Shown: positions 8,975-17,716, numbered from the stretch's first letter. The stretch: DNA of 25,809 nt from Candidatus Woesearchaeota archaeon (GCA_964389155.1 CAYMCN010000002.1:1-25809), one strand, 5' to 3'. The notes: generated from the letters alone by a model not told the origin. Translations and numbers: made by a program.

Positions 8975-9418
8975 ATGGAAGATATAATTCAAGAAAAAAT
9001 AAGTGCTGACCATCTTCTTTATGTCAGTTTGAAATACACAAAAACTTGTGACATTATAATAAATCTTATTCTGAGATGGAGAAAAATGATTGAAACAAGT
9101 ATAGATGCAATATTAGAAAAATCTAAAAAGAAAAAGAAAATTTCATCAGTTCCTTTAAATCCTACAAAAAAAATAGAAGAAATGAAAAAACTTTTTAAAA
9201 AAGACAAAAATTTTCAAAATACTTTAGGAATGTATGAAATGTTCAGAAAAATTGAAGATCTTAGAAAAGAAAAATCAGGGGAATTTAGAAAAAATGTTAA
9301 TTTAAAAGTTTTTTATCGAGGAGAAGAGATAAATATAAATCTTGAAAAGCTTAAAGAATATGCGGAAGAGTTAGAAAAGTTTATAAGTACAACAAAACAA
9401 TTTCTTCTAAAGAAGTAA
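8975..9418 (+). CDS. Hypothetical protein, predicted all-helical, Lys/Glu-rich
   Basis: 147-aa ORF with an ATG start, no competing ORF except a short antisense shadow, and codon composition like its neighbours. No motif recognised. Confidence 0.5.
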   Translation: MEDIIQEKISADHLLYVSLKYTKTCDIIINLILRWRKMIETSIDAILEKSKKKKKISSVPLNPTKKIEEMKKLFKKDKNFQNTLGMYEMFRKIEDLRKEKSGEFRKNVNLKVFYRGEEININLEKLKEYAEELEKFISTTKQFLLKK

Positions 9419-9473
9419 AAATTCTATATTGAATTTTAATTTAATTAATAAAAATTAGTTATTTACATGTTAA

Positions 9474-10259
9474 ATGAAGAAAATAATTGTTATAACGTCT
9501 GGAAAAGGGGGTGTTGGAAAAACAACCACTGCAATAAACTTAGGAGCAGCAATAAATTATTTTAATAAAGAATCTTTGATAGTTGATGGGAATTTATCAA
9601 CACCTAACTTAGGGGTTCATCTTGGTTCTCCAGAAGTTCCTGTAAATTTAAACCATGTACTATTAAACAAGGCTGATTTGGATGAAGCTATTTATGAACA
9701 TGAATCCGGAATAAAAATTATTCCTTCTTCTTTATCAGTTACAGAATTAAAAAAAATAAAGCCTGAGAAAATAAAAGATTTTAAAAAAGATTTTAAAAAT
9801 ATTTCTGATTATATCATAGTAGATAGTGCTGCAGGACTTGGTAATGAAGCGATTTCGACAATTGAATTAGCTGATGAATTGATAATAGTTACAAATCCTG
9901 AAATTCCAGCAATTACTGATGCTTTGAAAACAATAAAAATTGCAGAGAAAATGAAAAAACCAGTTCTTGGAGTTATTATAACAAAAGTTAGAAAAGATGA
10001 TTTAGAAATGCAATCTGAAACAGTAAAAGAAATGTTGGAAGTTCCAATTCTTGGAATGGTTCCTCATGATTTAGATATTAAAAAAGCCTTGAATTTAAGA
10101 AATGCTGTTGTTAATACACATCCAAAAAGCAAATCAGCAAGAGCTTACAAAGAAATTGCGGCAAAAATTCTTGATGTAGAATATAATTCAGATAAAGACA
10201 AAGAAAGATTACTTGAAAGAATTTTTAACAAATTAAGAATGAAAAACAGAAATAATTAA
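9474..10259 (+). CDS. minD: MinD/ParA-family P-loop ATPase (archaeal MinD-like)
   Basis: 261 aa. Deviant Walker A SGKGGVGKTTTAINLG, a Walker B-like IIVDSAAG, and the overall MinD layout. Confidence 0.85.
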   Translation: MKKIIVITSGKGGVGKTTTAINLGAAINYFNKESLIVDGNLSTPNLGVHLGSPEVPVNLNHVLLNKADLDEAIYEHESGIKIIPSSLSVTELKKIKPEKIKDFKKDFKNISDYIIVDSAAGLGNEAISTIELADELIIVTNPEIPAITDALKTIKIAEKMKKPVLGVIITKVRKDDLEMQSETVKEMLEVPILGMVPHDLDIKKALNLRNAVVNTHPKSKSARAYKEIAAKILDVEYNSDKDKERLLERIFNKLRMKNRNN

Positions 10260-10591
10260 CTAACCTTACTTCCCACTTCTATATCTTTTTCAGGAGAAAT
10301 TAAAATAACTTTGTCATCTGTACAAGCAGCCAACATCATTCCTTGACTTTCTATTCCCTTAAGTTTTCTTGATTGCAAGTTTGCAAAAACAATTACTTTT
10401 TTTCCTTTTAATTCTTCTTTAGAATAATTTTCTTTTATTCCTGCACAAATGGTTCTTTTTCCAGTTTCTCCTAAATCAATTGTAAATTTGTATAGTTTAT
10501 CTGCATTTTCAATATCTTCAACTTCAATAATTTTTCCAACTCTTAAATCAAGTTTTGCCCAATCATCAAAATTTACAATTCCTTCTGTCAT
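10256..10591 (-). CDS. Stand-alone tRNA-binding domain protein (Trbp111/EMAPII-type, equivalent to the MetRS C-terminal domain)
   Basis: 111 aa. FDDWAKLDLRVGKIIEVE...ADKLYKFTIDLGE...ICAGIKENYSKEELKGKKVIVFANL...KLKGIESQGMMLAA is the canonical OB-fold tRNA-binding domain. Confidence 0.85.
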   Translation of the reverse strand: MTEGIVNFDDWAKLDLRVGKIIEVEDIENADKLYKFTIDLGETGKRTICAGIKENYSKEELKGKKVIVFANLQSRKLKGIESQGMMLAACTDDKVILISPEKDIEVGSKVS

Positions 10592-10592
10592 T

Positions 10593-11048
10593 TTATACCT
10601 TAGTTATTTTATCCCACCACTTCTTAGAACTCATTTTATAAGGTTTCAATAATTCTTTAAGTTTTGTACTAAGTTTTGATGTTGAATAACCTCCTTTTTC
10701 TTTCCAAGAGATAGTTTCTGACCATCCAAGATTTTTGCAAATCTTAAAGGCTTCTTCATAAGTTAAAGCATAGGTAATAGTTTTATCTTCTTCTTCAATA
10801 TACCAAACATAAACCATTAACAAATCTTTAAACTTAGAATATTTTTTCCATATTCCAAAAGATTCTTTTGTTGAAGCTTTCATTTGTATAGGTTTTGCAA
10901 TAAAAGAATCTGTTTTATCTGAAAAATCTGTATAGGCAATTAAATCTATTCCCCTATCCCTTTCTGGAAGAGAAACTTCTAAACCATTCCTTAAAATTTC
11001 ACTAATTAATCTATTTCTTCCTAAAATCTCTATTATTTGTGTGTCCAT
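10593..11048 (-). CDS. Hypothetical protein with PD-(D/E)XK nuclease-like core (Hjc/DUF4365-like pattern)
   Basis: 151 aa from ATG 11048: MDTQIIEILGRNRLISEILRNGLEVSLPERDRGIDLIAYTD...AKPIQMKAST. The E ... D ... QxK spacing is typical of the fold. It lies 1 nt after the metG stop and 1 nt before the next ATG. The track start at 11156 overlaps metG and is rejected. Confidence 0.45.
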   Translation of the reverse strand: MDTQIIEILGRNRLISEILRNGLEVSLPERDRGIDLIAYTDFSDKTDSFIAKPIQMKASTKESFGIWKKYSKFKDLLMVYVWYIEEEDKTITYALTYEEAFKICKNLGWSETISWKEKGGYSTSKLSTKLKELLKPYKMSSKKWWDKITKV

Positions 11049-11049
11049 T

Positions 11050-12444
11050 CTAAATTTTCTTAAATAAAATTTCTCCTTTTTTAATTTTTTTTGCATTAAA
11101 TTGTTTTGTAATTTTTTCACTTGTTTCTGGAATAAAAGCCCATAACAATTCTGCAATTTTTAATATAGATTCTTTCAGTTCATAAAGTTGTTTTTTGTTT
11201 TTAGTTTCCCATAGTTTTTTGTTTTGAACATATTCATTACAAATATCAATAAATAAAAAAATTTCATTCAATATTTTGTCAAATTTATAATTTTCAAATA
11301 ATTTTTCAATTTTTTTTAGATTTAATTTTCCAATTAATTTATTCTGGGTTTTTTCAATTCCATATTTTTCAGCAAGAGTAGAAACTCTTGAAACTAAATT
11401 TCCTAATTTATCTGCCAATTCATTATTATGTCTATCAATTAATACTTTTTCTGAAAAATCTCCGTCATCTCCAAAAGGTGTTGATCTAAATAAAAAATAT
11501 CTTGCAGAATCAACCCCTGCAATAGAAATTAGTTCATCAACATTAATTATTTTCCCTCTAGATTTTGAAATCTTTTCCTTATCAAAAGTCCACCATCCAT
11601 GAGCAAAAACTTTTTTAGGCACTTTTATTCCTGCAGACATTAACATTGCAGGCCAAATAACAGAATGAAACCATAAAATATCTTTTCCAACTAAATGCAC
11701 ATCTACCGGCCAGAATTTTTCTTTTCCTTTTTTTCTTGTAGCTGTATAATAATTTGACAAAGCATCATACCATACATATACAACATGAGATTTATCAAAA
11801 GGTATTTTTATTCCCCATCCATAATCTTTACGAGAAATACTCAAATCCCTTAATCCTTCTTTAACACGGTTAACTATTTCTCGTCTTCTACTTTCTGGAG
11901 AAATAAATCCTGGATTTTTTTCATAAAGTTCAAGAAGTTTCTTCTGATATTTAGACAACTTAAAAAAATAACTATCTTCCTTCATTAATTCTGCTTTTGT
12001 TTTGTGAATATGACAACAACCATTTTCTAAATCTTTCTCAGTATAATAGGCTTCACACCCTACACAATAATATCCTTCATAAACTCCTTTGTAAATATCT
12101 CCTTTTTTATGTGTTTTATTTAAAATATTAGATACTTCCTTAATATGGTCTTTATCAGTTGTTCTGAAAAACCTATCATAATTCACATTCAACTTTTTCC
12201 AAGCATCTTTAAAATCTTCTGCTAATTCATCTACAAATTCTTTTGTATTTTTTCCTTTTTTTTCTGCTGCAAGAAAAACTTTTTTTGCATTTTCATCTGT
12301 TCCAGTCAAGAAAAAAACTTCTTCGCCTTTTAGTTTATGCCATCTTGCAATAATGTCTGCAGCTATTGTTGTATATGCGTGTCCAATATGAGGAATATCA
12401 TTTGGGTAATATATTGGAGTTGTAACATAAAATTTTTTTGCCAT
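11050..12444 (-). CDS. metG: Methionyl-tRNA synthetase, core enzyme only (no C-terminal tRNA-binding domain)
   Basis: 464 aa. TTPIYYPNDIPHIGHAYT (HIGH), KISKSRG (KMSKS) and a Cys-rich knuckle CVGC...GCCHIH. Confidence 0.9.
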   Translation of the reverse strand: MAKKFYVTTPIYYPNDIPHIGHAYTTIAADIIARWHKLKGEEVFFLTGTDENAKKVFLAAEKKGKNTKEFVDELAEDFKDAWKKLNVNYDRFFRTTDKDHIKEVSNILNKTHKKGDIYKGVYEGYYCVGCEAYYTEKDLENGCCHIHKTKAELMKEDSYFFKLSKYQKKLLELYEKNPGFISPESRRREIVNRVKEGLRDLSISRKDYGWGIKIPFDKSHVVYVWYDALSNYYTATRKKGKEKFWPVDVHLVGKDILWFHSVIWPAMLMSAGIKVPKKVFAHGWWTFDKEKISKSRGKIINVDELISIAGVDSARYFLFRSTPFGDDGDFSEKVLIDRHNNELADKLGNLVSRVSTLAEKYGIEKTQNKLIGKLNLKKIEKLFENYKFDKILNEIFLFIDICNEYVQNKKLWETKNKKQLYELKESILKIAELLWAFIPETSEKITKQFNAKKIKKGEILFKKI

Positions 12445-12497
12445 AAAATACTTAGAAAAAATAAATATAAAAACTTAACTTTATTAGAAAATTAAAG

Positions 12498-13877
12498 ATG
12501 GTGAAGAAAAAGGATTCTAAAAGAGTTCAAGAGTTAAAAGATAACTCAAGAAAAAGAAGCATTCAAGAAGGGATTTTTGCAGCTGGAAAAAATTCTTTTG
12601 GGGATAATTATATCTCGCCATTTGCAGTAGCCATCAATACAAGCAGTTCTTTGGTTGCTTTACTAACTTCAATCACAGGACTTTTAGGACCCTTAAGTCA
12701 AATTTTCAGTTCAAGACTTATTGAAAAATATTCAAGGAAAAAAATAATTCTTAAATCAATTTTCTTAGAATCATTGATGTGGATTCCTTTAATAATAATA
12801 GCAATTTTATTTTACAAAGGAATTTTTCTAAATATCCTTCCATTCATTCTTTTAGTTTCATTTTCAATATACATAATTCTATGGAATGTGACAAACCCTC
12901 CTTGGTTTTCATGGATGGGGGATATAATTGATGAAAAACATCGGGGAAGATGGTTTGCAAAAAGAAAACTAATAGTGGGTTTTGTAATTCTTATTTTAAC
13001 AATATCTTCTGCATTTTTCTTAGATTATTTTGAAAAAAATAACTGGTTAATGTTTGGTTTCATGATTTTATTTTTTCTAGCACTTATTTCTAGATTAATA
13101 TGTTTCAGAATTTTTAAAAAAACTTATGAACCAAAAATAAAACTTGAAAAAGGAGATTATTTTTCTTTTTGGGACTTTTTAATAAACGCCAGAAAAAATA
13201 ATTTTGGAAGATTCTCAATATTCAAAGCTCTTCTAAATTCTTCAATATACATATATGCTTCATTAATAACAATTTATTTACTTAGATATCTTGAGTTTAG
13301 TTATCTAATTTATATGATAATTCTTTTGTCACAAATTTTATTTTCATTAATTGTTTTAAAATTATGGGGGAAATTTGCAGATAGATATGGTAATTATAGA
13401 GTTTTATACATTACAACCATTTTAATCCCGATAGTCCCTATTTTATGGATTTTATTTGAATCACCAATTTACTTAATCTTTGTTCCAGCACTTATTAGTG
13501 GAGTTTCTTGGGTGGGTTTTAATCTTGCTACAAATAATTTTATTTATGACAATGTAAGTCCAAAAAAAAGGGGATTTGCCATATCCTATTATAATATGTT
13601 CAATGGTATTGGAATTTTTTTTGGAGCAGTTATAGGGGCATTTCTTATAAAATTTCTAAAAACATCTTTTGAGCCAATATTATTAATCTTTATTATAAGT
13701 AGTTTAATGAGTATTGTAGTTGTATTTTTTTGGATTCCTCAAATAAAAGAAATTAAAAAAACAGAAAAATTTGAAGGCTCAAAAACTTTTAGAAGAATGA
13801 TCTTTAAAGAAACAAAACCTACTATTTTAGAAGAAGTTCATGAAATAATGTCCATAAACAAATATTTAAAGAAATAA
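12498..13877 (+). CDS. MFS-type transporter
   Basis: 459 aa with about 12 hydrophobic helices. Motif-A-like loops occur in both halves (GDIIDEKHRGRWFAKR and GKFADRYGNYRVL). Confidence 0.7.
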   Translation: MVKKKDSKRVQELKDNSRKRSIQEGIFAAGKNSFGDNYISPFAVAINTSSSLVALLTSITGLLGPLSQIFSSRLIEKYSRKKIILKSIFLESLMWIPLIIIAILFYKGIFLNILPFILLVSFSIYIILWNVTNPPWFSWMGDIIDEKHRGRWFAKRKLIVGFVILILTISSAFFLDYFEKNNWLMFGFMILFFLALISRLICFRIFKKTYEPKIKLEKGDYFSFWDFLINARKNNFGRFSIFKALLNSSIYIYASLITIYLLRYLEFSYLIYMIILLSQILFSLIVLKLWGKFADRYGNYRVLYITTILIPIVPILWILFESPIYLIFVPALISGVSWVGFNLATNNFIYDNVSPKKRGFAISYYNMFNGIGIFFGAVIGAFLIKFLKTSFEPILLIFIISSLMSIVVVFFWIPQIKEIKKTEKFEGSKTFRRMIFKETKPTILEEVHEIMSINKYLKK

Positions 13878-13916
13878 TATCCAAAGATATTTAAATAAAA
13901 CTAATTTTTAAATAAA

Positions 13917-14579
13917 ATGTTTAAGAAAAAAGAATGTAAAAGTTGTGGGGTAAAAATAAGTAGTAAATATAAATTTTGCCCTAATTGTGGAAATTTTACT
14001 AGTAAAAAATTTAAAAAAAATAATTCTGGAATGTTAGGGGAAAATGATTTTGATAATGAATTTAAAAATGTTTCAAGTCCATTATTTACAGGGATTGGAG
14101 GAAAGATGATGGGTAAAATGCTTGAAAACGCAATGAAAATGCTTGAAAATGAAATGCAAAAAGAAATGAAAGGGAAAAATTTTGAGCCAAGAATGGATTA
14201 TAAATTATTTATAGATGGGAAAAAAATTAATCTTGACCATAATCACCCAAAAAAAAGAAGTGAAGAAAAAAAAGAAATTCCTTCTTCAGAACTTCCGCAA
14301 GGAAATTGGAAAAAATTTTCAGAGCTTCCAAAAAAAGAGCCAAATACAAATGTTAGAAGATTTTCAGATAAAGTTATTTATGAAATAAATATGCCTGGAG
14401 TTAAATCAGAAAAAGATCTTTCAATAATAAAACTAGAAAATAATATTGAAATAAAAGCAGTTTCAAAAAATAAAGCATATAAAAAATTAATTCCAATGAA
14501 TTTCCCAATCACAAATTATAATCTATCCAATGGGAAACTTGTTCTTGAATTGGGAATTGATGAGCCTGCACGGATTTGA
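13917..14579 (+). CDS. Zinc-ribbon protein with Met-rich repeat region and C-terminal Hsp20/alpha-crystallin-like segment
   Basis: 220 aa. Zinc ribbon CKSCG-x11-CPNCG, then GKMMGKMLENAMKMLENEMQKEMKG. The C-terminal VIYEINMPGVKSEKDLSIIKLENNIEIKA...NGKLVLEL resembles the ACD beta-strands. The last 19 nt overlap the tRNA on the opposite strand. Confidence 0.55.
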   Translation: MFKKKECKSCGVKISSKYKFCPNCGNFTSKKFKKNNSGMLGENDFDNEFKNVSSPLFTGIGGKMMGKMLENAMKMLENEMQKEMKGKNFEPRMDYKLFIDGKKINLDHNHPKKRSEEKKEIPSSELPQGNWKKFSELPKKEPNTNVRRFSDKVIYEINMPGVKSEKDLSIIKLENNIEIKAVSKNKAYKKLIPMNFPITNYNLSNGKLVLELGIDEPARI

Positions 14580-14635
14580 ACCGTGGACCTCTACCTTATC
14601 AGAGTAGCGTTCTAACCAGGCTGAACTACAGGCTC
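14561..14635 (-). tRNA. tRNA-Ile (anticodon GAU), no intron, CCA not encoded
   Basis: Reverse complement is GAGCCTGTAGTTCAGCCTGGTTAGAACGCTACTCTGATAAGGTAGAGGTCCACGGTTCAAATCCGTGCAGGCTCA. It folds by hand with a 7-bp acceptor (GAGCCTG/CAGGCTC), a D stem GTTC/GAAC, an anticodon stem CTACT/GGTAG with loop CTGATAA, a T stem CACGG/CCGTG with loop TTCAAAT, and discriminator A. Confidence 0.9.
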
Positions 14636-14657
14636 ATTATGAGTTGAGAAATTTAAA

Positions 14658-14668
14658 TTATTTATAAG
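14658..14668 (-). promoter_or_regulatory. Candidate TATA box for tRNA-Ile
   Basis: The minus strand reads CTTATAAATAA, centred about 28 nt upstream of the tRNA 5' end (14635), which is the expected archaeal spacing. AT-rich background lowers specificity. Confidence 0.4.
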
Positions 14669-14734
14669 TCTTGTGAAAGGCATACAAATTGGTCTAACCC
14701 CAATCTTTAAAAATCATTTTTATATAAAATAATC

Positions 14735-15307
14735 ATGGTTAAAGGAATGTATCATTATTTAAGACAAGCATGGAAAAAGCCTGATAAAAAAACACTTAGA
14801 AAAAGAATGATTGAGTGGAGAAAATCAGAAGCAATAACAAAAGTTGACAAACCCTTAAGATTGGATAGGGCAAGAGCTCTAGGATATAAAGACAAAAAAG
14901 GATTTATTATTGTAAGAACAAAAATTAAAAGAGGAGGTCATAAAAGACCTCGTCCAAATAAAGGAAGAAGAAGTAAAAGACTCCATACAAGAAAAAATCT
15001 TGGAATGAATTATAAGTGGATTTCAGAACAAAGAGCTGGAAGAAAATACAAAAACCTTGAAGTTCTTAATTCATATTTAATTGGAAAGGATGGAATATAT
15101 TATTTTTATGAAGTGATTCTTGTTGATCCTCAAAAACCAGAAATTAAAAAGGATAAAAAAATGAATTGGATAACAAAACCCGGAAATAAAGGAAGGGTTT
15201 TTCGTGGTTTAACATCTGCAGGGAAAAAATCTAGAGGATTAAGGAAAAAATCAAAAGAAATGAAAGTAAGACCTTCAATAAGATCTCGTGGAAGAAAAGG
15301 AAAATAA
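14735..15307 (+). CDS. rpl15e: 50S ribosomal protein L15e (eL15)
   Basis: 190 aa. MYHYLRQAWKKP...LGYKDKKGFIIVRTKIKRGGHKRPRPNKGRRSKR is characteristic of L15e. Confidence 0.9.
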   Translation: MVKGMYHYLRQAWKKPDKKTLRKRMIEWRKSEAITKVDKPLRLDRARALGYKDKKGFIIVRTKIKRGGHKRPRPNKGRRSKRLHTRKNLGMNYKWISEQRAGRKYKNLEVLNSYLIGKDGIYYFYEVILVDPQKPEIKKDKKMNWITKPGNKGRVFRGLTSAGKKSRGLRKKSKEMKVRPSIRSRGRKGK

Positions 15308-15341
15308 CTAGACTTAAAAATATCTATTTCTTATTTTTGTT

Positions 15342-17045
15342 ATGCAATATAAAAAACTTGCAGAGTTTTATGAAGAGGCTTCCAGTACAACTAAAAGATT
15401 AGAAAAAATAGAAATCCTTTCTAAATTTTTAAAAACAATTAAAGAATCAGATAAAGATATTTTGTATCTTCTTTTAGGAGATATTTATCCAGAATATGAT
15501 GAAAGAAGAATTGGAATAAGTAATCAACTTGCAATTAAAGCAATTTCAAAAGCAACAGGAACAGAAGAAAAGCAAGTTATCATGGAATGGAAATCTCTTG
15601 GTGATTTAGGAAAAGTTGCTGAAAAATTAAAAAAACAAAAGAAGCAATCAACACTTCATTCTCAGATTTTAACAACAGAAAAAGTTTTGACAAATTTACG
15701 AAAACTTCCAGAGCTTGTTGGTAAGGGAACAGTGAGTAAAAAACTTGCATTAATAACAGAACTTTTGACTTCTGCATCACCTTTAGAGTCTTTGTATTTA
15801 ATAAGAACTTTAATTGGAGATTTAAGAATTGGGATTAAAGAAAGCACAATAAAAGAAAGCATGTCTTCTGCATTTTTTGATAGAAGTAAGGAAACTTCAA
15901 AGAAAATACAAGATGCAATCGACAAATCAAATGACATTGCTTTAGTGTTTGAAATTGCAAAAAAAGGAAAATTAAAAAATTTGGAAAAAGTTTTACTTGA
16001 AGTTGGTAAGCCAATAAAAGCTATGTTGGCACAAAAAGCAAAAACAATAGCAGATGGATTCAAAGCTCTTGGAAAACCATGTGTAATAGAATACAAATAT
16101 GATGGATTTAGAATGATAATCCATAAAAAAGGAGAAAACATAATTTTATTTACAAGAAGTTTGGAAAATGTTACAAAACAATTTCCAGAAGTTGTTGATT
16201 ACATAAAAAAATATGTAAAAGGAAAATCATTTATTCTTGATTCTGAAGCTGTTGGCTATGACAAAAAAACACATGAATATAAACCATTTCAAAGTATAAG
16301 CCAAAGAATTAGAAGAAAATATGATATTGAAAAATTACAAAAAGAACTTCCTATTGAAATAAATGTTTTTGATATTCTTTACTATAATGGAAAGTCTTTG
16401 CTTCATGAAACCTTTGAAAAAAGAACTGCTTTAATAAAAAAAAATTTAAGGAATCAAAAATATAAAATAATTCATGCAAAGCAAATAATAACAGGAAATG
16501 AAAAAAAAGCAGAAAAATTTTATAAAAATGCTTTAAAAGATAATCAGGAAGGGATAATGATGAAAAATCTCGAGGCAATGTATAATCCTGGGAGCAGAGT
16601 AGGACATATGCTAAAAGTAAAACCTGAAGAACGAGATATTGATTTAGTTATTGTTGGGGCTGAATATGGAACAGGTAAAAGAAGTGGATGGATGTCGAGT
16701 TTTATTCTTGCATGTAAAGATGGGAAAAAATTCTTAGAAGTTGGAAAAATGGGGACAGGGATAAAAGAAAAAGAAGAACAAGGAACAACTTTTGAAGAAC
16801 TTACAAAAAAACTTACACCTTTAATTTTAAAAGAAAAAGGAAAAACTGTTCAGGTAAAACCAAAAATTATTGTCTCTGTTATTTATCAGGAGATTCAAAA
16901 ATCCCCTAATTATAATTCTGGATGGGCATTAAGGTTTCCAAGATTTACTGCTTTAAGACCTGATAAACCAATTTCAGAAATAACAAGCTTAAAAGAAATT
17001 GAAAAAGATTTTGTCAATCAAAAAAGAAATTATAGGTTTGGTTAA
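15342..17045 (+). CDS. lig: ATP-dependent DNA ligase
   Basis: 567 aa. Motif I is EYKYDGFR (KxDG), later motifs are LDSEAV and EGIMMK, and the C-terminal OB region ends in RFPRFTALRPDK. Confidence 0.9.
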   Translation: MQYKKLAEFYEEASSTTKRLEKIEILSKFLKTIKESDKDILYLLLGDIYPEYDERRIGISNQLAIKAISKATGTEEKQVIMEWKSLGDLGKVAEKLKKQKKQSTLHSQILTTEKVLTNLRKLPELVGKGTVSKKLALITELLTSASPLESLYLIRTLIGDLRIGIKESTIKESMSSAFFDRSKETSKKIQDAIDKSNDIALVFEIAKKGKLKNLEKVLLEVGKPIKAMLAQKAKTIADGFKALGKPCVIEYKYDGFRMIIHKKGENIILFTRSLENVTKQFPEVVDYIKKYVKGKSFILDSEAVGYDKKTHEYKPFQSISQRIRRKYDIEKLQKELPIEINVFDILYYNGKSLLHETFEKRTALIKKNLRNQKYKIIHAKQIITGNEKKAEKFYKNALKDNQEGIMMKNLEAMYNPGSRVGHMLKVKPEERDIDLVIVGAEYGTGKRSGWMSSFILACKDGKKFLEVGKMGTGIKEKEEQGTTFEELTKKLTPLILKEKGKTVQVKPKIIVSVIYQEIQKSPNYNSGWALRFPRFTALRPDKPISEITSLKEIEKDFVNQKRNYRFG

Positions 17046-17073
17046 TTTTATAAATATTTTAACCGACGAAGCC

Positions 17074-17086
17074 TTTATAAATAAAA
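17074..17086 (+). promoter_or_regulatory. Candidate TATA box for tbp (short or absent leader)
   Basis: TTTATAAATAAAA sits about 30 nt upstream of the tbp ATG (17111), preceded by the only G/C-containing patch in the spacer (CGACGAAGCC), which may be a BRE. An identical TTTATAAATA 10-mer also occurs at 17047-17056. Confidence 0.35.
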
Positions 17087-17110
17087 TTTTCCATTAAAAT
17101 TAAGTTAAAA

Positions 17111-17671
17111 ATGGCTCAATCAAAAAGTAATTATCAAATCCAAAATATTGTTGCAACAACTGCTTTGGAAAAACCTATTCCTTTAGTCAAACTTGCAAGA
17201 ACTCAACCAAATACAGAATACAATCCAAAAACTTTTCCAGGACTTGTCCTTAGAGTTAAAGAACCAAAATCAGCAGTTCTTGTTTTCTCTTCAGGAAATC
17301 TTGTTTGTACAGGAACAAAATCAATTGCCCAAGTTAAAAAAGTTATAGACGCTGTGATAAAACAATTAAGAAAAATAAATGTCAAAATAACTATAAAACC
17401 AAAAATAACTGTTCAAAATATTGTAGCTTCAGGAACAATTAATTTAAAACTTAATTTAAATTTTCTTGCATTAGAAATGGAAAATACAGAATATGAACCA
17501 GAACAATTTCCAGGATTGGTTTATAAATTAATAGAACCAAATGCTACTTTTTTGCTCTTTAGCAATGGAAAACTTGTTTGTACAGGAACAAAAAACAAAC
17601 AACAGCTTGAAGAAAGCATGAAACAACTTTTGAAAGATGTTAAAGCAGTACTAAAAAATTACAAGGGATAA
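17111..17671 (+). CDS. tbp: TATA-box binding protein
   Basis: 186 aa with two direct repeats: IQNIVATT...FPGLVLRVKEPKSAVLVFSSGNLVCTGTKS and VQNIVASG...FPGLVYKLIEPNATFLLFSNGKLVCTGTKN. Confidence 0.92.
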   Translation: MAQSKSNYQIQNIVATTALEKPIPLVKLARTQPNTEYNPKTFPGLVLRVKEPKSAVLVFSSGNLVCTGTKSIAQVKKVIDAVIKQLRKINVKITIKPKITVQNIVASGTINLKLNLNFLALEMENTEYEPEQFPGLVYKLIEPNATFLLFSNGKLVCTGTKNKQQLEESMKQLLKDVKAVLKNYKG

Positions 17672-17716
17672 TTGATTAAACCAAACTTTTTTAACTTTTA
17701 TGAAACCTTCTTTTCT

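Noticed and set aside
10256-10259. Overlapping convergent stop codons (minD/Trbp111 at 10256-10259; also abutting stops at 23286-23291)
   Set aside because: This is consistent with general genome compaction and gives no evidence of a specific regulatory role.
11049-11156. N-terminal extension of the nuclease-like ORF overlapping the 3' end of metG
   Set aside because: The extension lies within metG coding sequence in another frame and is K/Q/L low-complexity. The ATG at 11048 sits 1 nt past the metG stop and starts right at the predicted first helix.
14561-14700. tRNA-Ile as a possible integration hotspot or att site
   Set aside because: I found no second copy of the tRNA 3' segment anywhere in the window by eye, and no integrase or other mobile-element genes. 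The flanking genes are housekeeping.
17047-17083. Exact 10-nt direct repeat TTTATAAATA (17047-17056 and 17074-17083) upstream of tbp, as a possible tandem-TATA autoregulatory site
   Set aside because: A pure A/T 10-mer recurring within 30 nt is not surprising at this base composition. Only the proximal copy has proper spacing to the ATG. It is kept only as a low-confidence promoter feature.
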